Below, in pieces: positions 26,523 through 38,779 of a DNA stretch of 64,000 bases (within the stretch, counting starts at the first letter, position 1; each line of letters starts with the position of its first letter). Source of the DNA: Octopus vulgaris (Eukaryota); NCBI GenBank assembly GCA_951406725.2, contig OX597835.1, positions 4,712,001-4,776,000 of the forward strand, given 5' to 3'. Both the position numbers and the translations under genes were made by a program. The notes beneath the pieces were generated by a model, which was not told the DNA's origin, did not search any database, and saw only the letters and a list, made by a program, of their open reading frames with translations.

Positions 26523-26710
26523 ACAGCGCTGCTTGGAACCGCTCGAATACTCCAGAAGGTGCTTGAAGAGTAAGGGGTGTTCCCTTAGTTCACTGGTAGT
26601 GAACAGTACATCTCCAGCGTTAGAAGCTGTGTAAAGCCAATAATAATAATGATGATGATGATGATGATGACGATGACGATGATGATGATGATGATAATAA
26701 TAATAATAAC

Positions 26711-26802
<92 letters not shown>

Positions 26803-26803
<1 letters not shown>

Positions 26804-27085
26804 GGTGGTCTGCTGGCAGAATCGTTAGCAATCCGGGTGAAATGCTAAGCGGTATATCGTCTGCCGCTACGTTCTGAGTTCAAATTCCGCTAAGGTCAAC
26901 TTCGCATTTCATCCTTTCGGCGGTCAATAAAATAAGTACCAGTTACGCACTGGGGTCGATGTAATCGACTGGCCTAGTACTTATTCTATCAGGTTATTTT
27001 GCCGAAATGCTAAGTTAGGGGGAAGTAAACACACCGGCATCGGTTGACAAGCGATGTTGAGGGGACAAACACAGACACATAAACA
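26803..27085. mobile_element. SINE B (+, 26803-26970) abutting a SINE A fragment (-, 26975-27085)
   Basis: Sequence match to both families. Confidence 0.85.
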
Positions 27086-27532
27086 TACATACATACATAC
27101 ATACATACATACATACATACGTACGTACGTACGTACGTAAGTACATAATACATACATACATACATACATACATACATACATGAATACATACATACATACA
27201 TGCATACATACATACATACATACATACATACATACATACATACATACATACATACATACATACATACATGCATGCATACATACATACATACATACATACA
27301 TACATACATGCATGCATACATACATACATACATACATGCATACATACATACATACATGCATACATACATGCATGCATGCATACATACATACATACATGCA
27401 TGCATGCATGCATGCATACATACATACATACATACATACATACATACATACATACATACATACATGCATGCATGCATGCATGCATACATACATACATACA
27501 TACATACATACATACATACATACATACATACA
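27085..27532. repeat. (TACA)n/(TGCA)n microsatellite
   Basis: Direct reading. Confidence 0.95.
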
Positions 27533-28129
27533 TTGCTCGAAGCGACAAGTCGCGTATTTGGCAAAAGAGTTTATTTATCGAAAATTCGAAGAATATTATC
27601 TCCGACTTTGGAGCCACAACTATCAGCCTTATTAAATAACTGGTTAATCTTCAGATGAATTAACTGAGGGAGCCTTTTATTCACGATCGTAATGATCTTC
27701 GACTGAAGCTTGAATTTAGCATGCAGAAAGTTACTACAAACAACATGGCTGGACACAACATCAACAACAACACTCAACAGCTCAACAGGTAAACAAATTC
27801 TTTCTAGCCGTAGTTATAGAAGAATACTACAAAACTAAATTTCTCTTGGAGTTATGAAATGAATAATGATCTATTTCACTGCTGCAAGAAAGCGAAACAA
27901 AACCCCGCTGTTGATATATGAAGCGATTGACATGGTATTGGGACGATCTGCATCCAGAATTAAATCATTTTACTGCGAAGCAACTACGCCAACAAGCAAC
28001 ATTTGTAGAACATAAAAAGTATCTAGTTTTTTTTTCATCTTGCAAAATATGCATTTTTAAAAAGACAGTAAAAAAATTTGAAAATCAGTTATAATAATGT
28101 AGCCTTCCAGTCTCATTGCTTTGAAGGTA

Positions 28130-28195
28130 TGATTGATTGATTCTAGTTTCAGCTCATGAGCTGTGGCCATGCTGGGGCACCGCCATTTGATGTTG
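28130..28195 (-). mobile_element. Extremely 5'-truncated 3' tip of the CR1-group LINE
   Basis: Minus strand CAACATCAAATGGCGGTGCCCCAGCATGGCCACAGCTCATGAGCTGAAACTAG + (AATC)n; matches 15470-15520. Confidence 0.85.
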
Positions 28196-28519
28196 TGGAG
28201 AAAAAAAAAATTGGAGGAAAAAGTTACAGAGGTTTAAAAATCGGAAAAAACTATATATTTTTAGCCAATAGCGAGACAGAAATTGTCTGCATTTAGCGGA
28301 GCTGTGTCAACTTTTACCGGTTCATTGTAGGTTTCTAAATAAACAGAAATACCTAATAAGATCAACATGTATCATCTTACTCCTTCTTTTGTCTCTTCAT
28401 TGATTGTTATGGTTTTATTATCTTATAAAATTTATTAAATCAATATATTTGTCTGCATGTGTTTACTTTATGCGCATTTCAGTATTATGTATACATGTCG
28501 TGTATTTGTGTACATCAAT

Positions 28520-29029
28520 ATCAATAAAGCTGAAATGCGAAAAATTTGTTTGTCCCATTTGGGATGGGAACGGTTCAAGGGGCGGTAGATGGGGTCGGAT
28601 TGGCTCCAGAATTTACAGGGACATGTCAAAAGAGGCGAGGAAGCGACTGGACTAGGTTAGAAACCCTTGTCTCAAAATCTGTGGTTACTAGGACAAAAAA
28701 ACCCAGACTTTGACTAGTGTTTGACGTTTCTCTCTTTCGGATATCACCTTGTTTTCCTCGATCTCTCTCTTTCCTTCCTTCCTTCACTTTCTCTCTATAA
28801 TGACGTTTGACACCTCCCACTCATTACCTCTCCGCCTTCGCCGGCTCTCTGTCACTCTTTCTCCTACCACCTCTCTCACTGTACGTCTGTCTGTATCTAT
28901 AGAGAAAACGCGTTGACGGCCGCAAAAGTTTAAATATTCCCACCACAGGTCTTTTAGAACGGTGAATTATTATAGCCCACCACCACCGCACAATCATAAC
29001 AGATATTATTAATCAGATATATTGTGCTA

Positions 29030-29116
<87 letters not shown>

Positions 29117-29790
29117 GTGTATGCTTATATATATGTGTATATATATTGTCAGTATCTATAAAGCTGAAATGCGAAAAAGTTGTTTGATTTCTTGGTTATT
29201 TGTCTCATTTTGGGATGGGAACGGTTTAAGGTGCAGTAGATGAGGTCGGATTGGCGCCAAAATTTACACTCGGGTGAGGGGTGGGGGTAAATGGGGTGGG
29301 CAATGGTGTGAGGAGGGTTGCAAGTCGCTCGAGGCTACGGTTTGGTTGCCATGGTGAGGAATATGGGAAAAATTGAGTTTTATGGGATAGACAGGTTGCG
29401 CTGTTTGAATAATGGTGGCATTTCGTGTTGCTGCAGGGAGTAAGAGGCGGTTATCTTTAATCTAATCTATAAAATGAAGAAGGCGAGCCTTGATACAAAT
29501 TGGATTTTTATGTAAAAAGGGGTCTAAATGGGGCTGGAAGGGGATTAAAATCTACTGAAGGGGGTAACTTGAGGTGAGAAATTGATTGAGAGACGTTTTG
29601 GGGCGCTACAGTGAAAACTGGGGAATTAACCTTCTTCCCAGCTCTATAAACAAAAGCGAAAACGTGAACAATATAAGACCACCACGTGGTTTCGCAGCTA
29701 ACGACATTCCAACAGATTCCATAGCACTGGCCAGCCAAAGTACATTACTGGCTCAAGTGACTGACCACTGTCCCCCTAATACGACTATGG
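28520..29790 (+). repeat. Two related repeat heads (28520-28620, 29155-29270), possibly Helitron-like
   Basis: ATAAAGCTGAAATGCGAAAAA..TTGGGATGGGAACGGTT..GTAGATG.GGTCGGATTGGC.CCA present twice. Confidence 0.5.
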
Positions 29791-30297
29791 TAAATAGCAG
29801 GCACAACCGCAACGATTATTGTAGTAGTTGTGGTAGTCAGGATTATTGGCCAGTGAAATGAGCCTTTACTGAAATTTTCCGAGAAAAAATAACTTTGGCT
29901 TTGAAGTACTGCCTCGAGGAGAGAGTATTCTTTCCCAAAGTAAATAAAAAGAACCCACCAGATACGGTATTAAACGCTGTTAACGGAACTGGTGATGAGT
30001 ATTTACAACAGTGTGGTGAACCAACAAACTGGCAGATTAACAACACCTATCTAAGTGCTCTGGTTACTATTGTAGTACTTGTGCATTATGACCCGCATAA
30101 ACGTTTAATGCTACAATGTGATGCATCTCTCCATCAGGGCTAGGTGCAGCCCTTTGTCATCGAATGAATGATAGTACTATTCGTCCTGTAGCTTTTGCCT
30201 CCCTTACTCTGTTACCAGCTGAAAAGAACCTTTCTCAGTTGGACAAAGAAGCACTTGCAGTTGTAGTTGGTATCAAGGTATTCCATCAATATGTATA

Positions 30298-30537
30298 AGG
30301 CGGCGAGCGCTGGCAGAAACGTTAGCATGCTGGGTGAAATGCTTAGCGGTATTTCGTCTGCTGCTTCATTCTGAGTTCAAATTCCGCCGAGGTCGACCTT
30401 GCCTTTCATCCTTTCGGGGTCGATTAAATAAGTACCAGTTACTCACTGGGGTCGATGTAATCGATTTAATCCGTTTGTCTGTCCTTGTTTGTCCTCTCTG
30501 TGTTTAGCCCCTTGTGGGTAGTAAAGGAATAGGTATT
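30298..30537 (+). mobile_element. SINE family B, full length, with long TSD
   Basis: AGGTATTCCATCAATATGT at 30276 and 30531. Confidence 0.92.
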
Positions 30538-31266
30538 CCATCAATATGTTTGAGGCTGTCATTTTGAAATTTATACTAATCATAAACCTTTGGTTGCCCT
30601 ACTTGGAGAAGAGCGGGGTATTCAGCAAATGGGTTCACCTAGAATGCAGGGATGGGCTTTGATGTTAATTGCTTATAGCTATAGTATACACTACGTTCCT
30701 GGGCCCAAGAACGTTACTGCCGATGTAGTGAGTCGTTTTCCCTTGACTTCTTCGTTACACGAAATTGAACAACCAGCAGAAACTGGTACACACGATCCAA
30801 CGTTTTAGTGGCACACCATCCGAGGACAGGATACACTTCGACTAACAGACAAAGATTATGTTTTGAGAGGGTGGCCGTCTAAAACAAGTTTAAAATTAAA
30901 ACCGTTTTTACAGCGTAAAGATGAACTGAGTTTGTACGAGGGTTGCATATTTTGGGGTCCTCGTATGATTGTAGCCTTTAAATTAAGACAACAATTTAAG
31001 ACAAAATTGAATAAGTTTGCATGATGCTTATCCAGGCATAAATCAAATGAAGGCATTATCTCGAAGCTACTGTAAGTGGTTCAATCTGGATGCTGATATT
31101 GATCTGATGTGTAGAAGATGTGACGTTTGTCAACAATACCAGCCACAAAACACGCCAGGACATGCACATCCTGGGAAGTGGCCAGAAAAACCGCGGCATA
31201 GATTACATGTTGATTATTTTGGCCCTCTTAACGCTATGATGTACTTATTAATTATTGATGCACATA

Positions 31267-31560
31267 GGCGCAGGAGTGGCTGTGTGGTAAGTAGCTTGCT
31301 AACCAACCACATGGTTCCGGGTTCAGTCCCACTGCAAGTGTCTTCTGCTATAGCCTCGGGCCGACCAAAGCCTTGTGAGTGGATATATACATATATACGA
31401 CGGGTTTCTTTCAGTTTCCGTCTACCAAATCCACTCAGAAGGCTTTGGTCAGCGCGAGGCTATAGTAGAAGACACTTGTTCAAGGTGCCACGAAGTGGGA
31501 CTGAACCCGGAACCGTGTGGTTAGTAAGCAAGCTACTTACCACACAGCAACTCCTACGCC
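31267..31560. mobile_element. Two SINE A heads in inverted orientation (+31267-31385, -31398-31560)
   Basis: GGCGCAGGAGTGGCTGTGTGGTAAG and its reverse complement. Confidence 0.88.
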
Positions 31561-32214
31561 TGTTTGGTCGCAATCTGCAAACAAGATTTTATTCTCGTCA
31601 TCGCACAAAAATATCGAAGGAAAACAAACACGAATGAATGCAAAGAAGAAGGAAGGGAGGACCACAGCGTCTGAGGCTGTGTATACGCGACCTCTCCATA
31701 AGCAATTGGTTGGCAATTGGCAATTGGCAACTGTAGTTGAAACTTGGAAGTTTAATCAATTTGTGTTTGCCAGGTGGTCAAGTTGTGCGTGGACATTCGA
31801 TTTCGAGTAAAGAATGCAGGTAATGATTAAAGCAATGATTAAACAGACGTAAACGATGATTCTATGTCAACATCAACGGCTGAAAGCGACAGTTTGGCTG
31901 AAAGAGAAACAACTGACAACCCTACGTTGCGACAATCAGAACGTGTATAAAAAAACCTGTTGATCAAAACCTGTTGATCAGTCTATCGTGCACGCGTGTG
32001 TGTGTGTTGGTTAATTCTGATTTGTTCTCTTCCTATCTATAAAACCTGCTGCAAATTGTTTTGTAACAACAAATATTTTTTTTATTTATTTTTTTTTTAA
32101 AACCTGTCTTATTTACAGCGAGCGTTCGGTGTCCTGTTTTCCTCAGGCTTTCGCCTGAACAAGACTGCTTTTTGTTAGTATGTATGTCATTATTCAGTTT
32201 ATTTCAAGACTTAC

Positions 32215-32667
32215 GTACATACATTCATTCATACATACATACAAACATACATACATACGTACGTACATACATACATACATACGTACGTACATACATACAT
32301 ACATACAAACATACATACATACGTACATACATACATACAAACATACATACATACGTACATACATACATACAAACATACATACATACGTACATACATACAT
32401 ACGTACGTACGTACGTACGTACATACATACATACATACATACGTACATACATACGTACGTACGTACATACATACATACATACGTACGTACATACATACAT
32501 ACATATATACATACGTACATACGTACGTACGTACATACATACATACATACGTACGTACATACATACATACATACATACATACATACATACGTACGTACGT
32601 ACGTACGTACGTACGTACATACATACATACAAACATGCAAACATACATACGTACATACATACATACG
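32215..32667. repeat. (TACA)/(TACG) microsatellite
   Basis: Direct reading. Confidence 0.95.
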
Positions 32668-32849
32668 TTAGCAGTTCGGCAAAAGTGATCGATATTATAA
32701 GTACTGGGCTTAAAAAATAAGACCTAGATCGATTTGTTCGACTAAATAAAAACCCCTAAAGGTGGTGCTCCAGCATAGCCACAGTCAAATGGAAAAAAAA
32801 ACAAATAAAAGAATATAATTCTCGGTCTTATGGGGTAAATCTTTATGAC

Positions 32850-32936
<87 letters not shown>

Positions 32937-33487
32937 TATGTATGTATGTGTGTATGTATGTATGTGTGTATGTGTATGTGTGTGTATGTATGTATGTATG
33001 TATGTGTGTGTGTATGTATGTATGTGTGTATGTGTGTATGTGTGTATGTGTATATGTATGTATGTGTGTATGTATGTATGTATGTATGTATGTGTGTATG
33101 TATGTATGTGTGTATGTATGTATGTATGTATGTATGTGTGTATGTGTGTATGTGTGTATGTATGTGTGAGTCTCTGTACGTATGTATGTATGTATGTATG
33201 TATGTATGTATGTATGTATGTATGTATGTGTGTGTGTGTATGTATGTATGTATGTATGTATGTATGTGTGTATGTGTGTATGTGTGTATGTATGTATGTG
33301 TGTATGTGTGTATGTATGTGTGAGTCTCTGTACGTATGTATGTATGTATGTACGTACGTACATACATACATACATACATACATACATACATACATACACA
33401 CACACACATACATACATACATACAGAGACACACACATATATATATATATGTCATAAAGATTTACCCCATAAGACCGAGAATTATATT

Positions 33488-33958
<471 letters not shown>

Positions 33959-33994
33959 TATTGGTGTAACATGTTGGCATGGGGTTAGCAATCT

Positions 33995-34105
33995 CAAGGC
34001 GATGTGGGGGAGTAAGTCGATTACATTGACCCCAGTGTCTATCTGGTACGTATTTTATCGACCCCAAAAATGATGAGATGCAAAATCGACCTCGGCAGAA
34101 TTTCT
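33995..34105 (-). mobile_element. SINE family B fragment
   Basis: Minus strand CTGCCGAGGTCGATTTTGC..GGGGTCGATAAAAT..TACCAG..CACTGGGGTCAATGTAATCGAC. Confidence 0.75.
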
Positions 34106-34616
34106 AGGAATTTATAATATTAAACTTCAATATTTTTCCCGTATTAGAAAAGGATGCTCCTCCATCGTTGGCGACGAGGATCTTTTAGTTTATTGTGTGT
34201 TGTTGTGGGGTTACATTCCCACTCAGATCCCAGCAAAATCGACCTCGCTATTTACTCTTCTGAGATCAATAAAATAAAGTATAATCGTATAATGTAACTG
34301 ATACCCAAGTTTTGCTGAAGGTACCGCCAGCTGATACAATCAACCGAGGTGTCTTCCATTAATATGTTGCCGCACTGGATCCCAGGAGGCGCATAGCTTC
34401 ATGAATAATAAATTTCGTCCCATTTTCGATGGAGATGGTCTTCTGCTTCTTGGGTAAAACGCCGAAGCCCATGAGTTCTGTACTAATGTTGAGGGCTCTG
34501 CATTATGCATTTGGCACCGTCCAAAAACAAAGGAGTGAATGTGATAAGAAATAAAATTAAGCGAAATAAAAGCGAAACGAGAAACTTCCTTAAGTGCAGT
34601 CAACTTTATCTTAAGA

Positions 34617-34985
34617 CTAGCAGTATCGCCCGGCGTTGCTCAGGTTTGTAAGGGAAATAACTATAAAGCATTTTTAGAGAGTTATAGCCAAAAAATAGCA
34701 AAAAAATGGAAAAAAAATGATGGTAAATTTTTTTGAGAGTTAAAAAAGTTGCGTCCCCTGTGGTTTGGGTTTCTGATTCTCGACCCCATGTCGAATTTAT
34801 CGATTTTTTTCAGAACTGGGGGAACTTTTCAAAATTTTCGCTGCGTTAGTTTTGAATTATGACATTGGGCTATGTGTGTGTCAAGTTTCATCAGAATCGG
34901 TTGAAAGCCGTGGTCAGAGTGAGGGTACGAGAAAACAGACACACAGAAACACACACAGACAAACTGCCGTTTATATAGAGAGAGA
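34617..34985 (-). mobile_element. Non-autonomous Helitron
   Basis: Same 3' terminus as 21880-21962; 5' TCTCTCTCTATATAAA; A|T target. Confidence 0.88.
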
Positions 34986-35369
34986 TGTTGCGTTAGTGAG
35001 CGTGGCAGTGGAGCGTAGAGAAGAGGAGGGGGATGTGGAAGGAGGGTAGAGGTAAGTCGTCTCGGTCTGTCGGGTTTTAAAAGCTTTCTCTCACCCACCC
35101 ATCTTCCCCTCTAAGTGCCCTGTAAATGTTTTATGATCATTGTCAGAAATCTAGATATTTCTCTTTCTCTTCTTTCTCTCCATTTCAATTTCTCTCTCTC
35201 TCTCTCTCTCTCTCCCTCCCTCCCTCTCTTTCGATCTCTCTTTTCTCTCTTCTCGTCTATTTTTTTCTCCTAAAAAGCAGAGACCACAAATGAAAAAAAA
35301 AAAAAGAAGAAACAAAAACCGGTAATGCAGCTTAAGTCTAAGCTAAAACTGGAATTACAGAGTGATGAA

Positions 35370-35495
35370 GGAGACCGATAGAATAAGTACTGGGCTTCCA
35401 AAGAATAAGTCCCGGGGTCGATTTGCTCGACTAAAGGCGGTGCTCCAGCATGGCCGCAGTCAAATGACTGAAACAAGTAAAAGAGTAAAGAGTAG
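35370..35495 (+). mobile_element. SINE family A 3' fragment
   Basis: Sequence match. Confidence 0.9.
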
Positions 35496-36267
35496 AGTAT
35501 GTGATACCCTGATACAGGAGAATCTCTAGGGCCAGTCGAAGAACCCCATTATCCAAAGTCTCCCTTAGCACCAAGCGCAAGCGCTCTCTCGAACTCCCGT
35601 TTTTCGACTCACAGGTCTATACTTAGAGCGGTGCCAATCACTCTTGCCATTTTTGTCAGTTTCCCCATTTCAGTGAATTCAGAAGACAGTACCCCCCCCC
35701 TCTCTCTCTCTCTCTCTCTCCACTTTCGACTTAAGGAAGTCGATCAGCGCTCTCTGCCAAAGAGGAAAGCCTCTGTCCTCATACCTTTCAACCTCGTCCA
35801 CCATACAACCTCTTTTGCAATAGTTATCAGATAAAGGAAAAGGAGAGCGGCAAGACAATTGTCACCATGGATTCAGCCGATGGGCAGACGCATCCTACGC
35901 TCGGCACCAGCAGTTCGACATAACTTGACAAGTGAGCAATGTCCAAAAACTGAACGAGTGCCTGCAGAATAGTTGCATCGCTTTGCATTTCGGACAAGCT
36001 CGTCCGACGGCATTTCCATGCCTATAGAATTTATCTCGAATCAGTAGTGCCTCTTTGTAGTATTACTGACTAACCAAGGACGTATGGAAATTATCGGTGA
36101 TCCTCGACCGGAAAGTCCTCCAGAGCAGACTAACCAGCTCGTTGTGGTCGATACTCAGAATCTCCGAGAATGTCGTCAAACTTTGCTGTCACTAATCCTC
36201 GATGAGAAGCACCAACCTCTTCACCAAATGTTTGAAATCTGCGTTTATCAGTTATAGTCATAAAATC

Positions 36268-36731
36268 AGAAATATTGAATTTCTAAATCTCTCGTAGAGA
36301 CATGTACGTGGTGGGGCGATAGAATGGTTGTATACTGTCAATCTAACAAGAACGTGACAGTAGGGGGTACACCACGCCCCACCACCGTACATGTCTCTAC
36401 GAGAGATTTAGAAATTCAATATTTCTTATTTTGATAATCAGTGAATAGACTTCACTGAATATAGATATATACAATTACGAAGTCGAGACAAATATCACCA
36501 GCTGACCGGTGTCTGCTACTCTAGGCCGATGAAGGACAACGATCCTGAAACACGTGTCCCTAGATGCAGCTTCGGCAGACGGGGGTGTTTGTCTCCCCTT
36601 CGTAAACGTATATAAGGACACAGGGAAAAATGTGTCAAAGCCATCAGGAGGCGTTCGATGCTTCCTAGGGCTATACAGCGGTGGTGTACCCCCTACTGTC
36701 ACGTTCTTGTTAGATTGACAGTATACAACCA
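36268..36731 (+). mobile_element. Small non-coding hammerhead-containing retroelement (retrozyme / mini-PLE-like)
   Basis: TSD AGTCATAAAATCA at 36256-36268 and 36731-36743; inverted 5' segment; hammerhead fold. Confidence 0.8.
36520..36564 (+). ncRNA. Type I minimal hammerhead ribozyme fold (U4C core variant)
   Basis: TCTAGG-CCGATGA-AGGA(CAACGA)TCCT-GAAA-CACGTG-TC^-CCTAGA: stems I and II pair perfectly, palindromic stem III, GUC cleavage triplet at 36556-36558. Confidence 0.78.
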
Positions 36732-37676
36732 GTCATAAAATCATTTGATCCAAATTGTGTGGATCTTTTCTCAGCAGTGCCACCACTGCTCATCGACTCA
36801 CAGAACTAGGATTTCTCTGGTTTTGCTGCCAGTTGCTGTAGATAGGGGCCTCCAAACAAGTCTGGCACATAAAAGTAAAGCTCGTAGGGTGGATCATCTG
36901 AACGAGGTGGTTTCTCCTCTGTGCAACCAGTCATTCATTGCATTTGTTATTGGCTTTTTTACATCACTCCATCCCTCTTCCCGAGAATAGCGGCAAGCCA
37001 TCGAAGTAGGCCCTCAAACCCATCCAGCGTTCCGATCCACCATTCGTTCCAAAGATTTTGAGCGAAGTACTGCTGAAACGCTGCTCACATCTGTTCGGAC
37101 ACGAGTAGGATGCGCCTATCATAGTCCACGTTTATCAATAGTTGAACTGCACTCGTAAGTAAATATCATTTCTTATTTATAGAAATTTTCAATAGTTTCC
37201 AGTCACAATATTTTCAATTTATCAATTAATTAAGAATTCATTGCTTATCGTTTATTAATTCATTGTTAATTTCAAATCGAATTTGATGAACAATAGCATC
37301 ATGGGATGTGATGAAGCTTTGACTGTTTAATTATTTAGTAATGGACTTACACGGGTGTGTAAGTCCATTGATCCACACAATTTGAATTGATTTGAATCTT
37401 AATGATCATAGTTATCAACTCTGTAGCCTCCAGCGTGTATTTAGTTTGCAGGGTACTATGCAAGAATATCGATGAATATCTGTTTCATCATCAGATCAAT
37501 GAGGCAACTGACGGAGTTACAACTTGTTTTTGTGATGAGAACGGAATGGGAGCTACCCGACTGTTGACAGACTCTCAGAAGTCAGGGTCCATAAGAACGG
37601 AAGCATTTACGCATAAATATTCATGAACAGGCCAAGTGCCAGTTAACCCTAAAACAAGTCCACATCATCCCAACTG

Positions 37677-37890
37677 TACGAGGAGAAGCTGGAAAGTTCC
37701 TGGCTTTCAGGGTATCACAAAAAGAGCGGTCTGTGTCCCAAACTTCCGAATTCTTTTATAGGACTTAGAAAAACTGCTGCAGTAAGTGTGTGAGTCTGAG
37801 AGGGGAATATGTTGAATAAAATCATAATTAACTGAACCTCCTGTATTTTCTTTTACCCAAAGCTAAGAACTTTGCAGTACACCTCGGATA
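37677..37890 (+). mobile_element. Tc1/mariner-derived MITE; a second right-end fragment at 38473-38536
   Basis: TACGAGG..GCTGGAAAGTTCCTGGCTTT vs AAAGCTAAGAACTTTGCAGTACACCTCG; carries the mariner C-terminus KCVSLRGEYVE*. Confidence 0.75.
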
Positions 37891-37900
37891 TATGTGTATA

Positions 37901-38282
37901 CTAGCAGTATCGCCCGGCGTTGCTCGGGTTTGTTTCGACCCTTTAGAATTGGAATTTTTGAAAAGTAAAAATTTTGCATTATGTAGCTTGTTATTCTCTT
38001 TAAGTGAACATTTTTCTGGTTGAAAAACACCGAAAAATGGCAACACAGCAGTCAAAAATCGTAAAAAATAGGGATTTTCATAGATGTAAATAATTTTTGG
38101 TGTTAACATGGTCCGATTTGAATTTTTTTCTTCTACGGAATGAAGAGCAAGCCTTCTTCTATCATACTCTCAATTTTGATCAACTTGCGCCGCAGGGTCT
38201 CGGAGGAGATAATGTTAGTTGAAGGCTACCAAACCTGCCATACACACACACAGACAACTTCAGCTTTATATATAAAGAGAGA
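37901..38282 (-). mobile_element. Non-autonomous Helitron
   Basis: CTAGCAGTATCGCCCGGCGTTGCTCGGG 3' end; TCTCTCTTTATATATAAA 5' end; A|T target. Confidence 0.88.
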
Positions 38283-38390
<108 letters not shown>

Positions 38391-38558
38391 TGTCTATGTA
38401 TATATAGATAGATGTATACATATGCATACATATAAAATCATACGCACAAAACATGCGCGGCGCGCAATAACCTTATAATTACTTGATTCTCTTGTATTTT
38501 CTGTTATCCAAAACCAGGAACTTTTCAGCAACCCCTAAAGCACACACACGCACACACA

Positions 38559-38610
<52 letters not shown>

Positions 38611-38669
38611 GACAATCACACGCACAAAACACATGTGAGCACGCAATGTGTATATATACAATTGTACCA

Positions 38670-38776
38670 CAGGCGGACAGGTGGACAGGCGGACAGGTGG
38701 ACAGGTGGACAGGCGGACAGGCGGACAGGTGGACAGGCGGACAGGCGGACAGGTGGACAGGCGGACAGGCGGACAA
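38670..38776 (+). repeat. (GGACAGGY)n 8-bp minisatellite; inverted counterpart at 39541-39618
   Basis: Direct reading. Confidence 0.92.
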
Positions 38777-38779
38777 ACA

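Larger units (their letters stand above)
24460..26640 (+). mobile_element. R4/Dong-type (RLE) LINE, internally deleted (no RT), with nested CR1 and SINE
   Basis: N-term RQK*TKEEYIEVMHAYY..TYNIWR..LDSNIL..RRDI; C-term WYYHQHEGIIENDNAKILWHFMIQCD..RKP and KTALLGTARILQKVLE*; ends in (TAA)n. Confidence 0.8.
30060..31960 (+). mobile_element. Ty3/Gypsy pol remnant (RNase H + integrase Zn-binding and C-terminal parts), with nested SINEs
   Basis: HYDP..LQCDAS, RPVAFAS, SQLDKEALAVV, IYTNHKPL, H..PGINQMK...W..LDADI..CRRCDVCQ, RLHVDYFGP, LFGRNLQTR. Confidence 0.88.
35860..37135 (+). mobile_element. Possible highly decayed Ty3/Gypsy internal remnant
   Basis: Faint gag-like segment near 36180-36230 (cf. 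LGDRKPSQLL..M) and a C-terminal RTR.G..P.R-like motif near 37100. Confidence 0.35.

Noticed and set aside
34169-34183. TGGCGACGAG Gypsy-like primer binding site
   Set aside because: No adjacent LTR or gag
37475-37496. Minus-strand CTGATGA-T-GAAAC hammerhead-like string
   Set aside because: No stem II or cleavage triplet geometry
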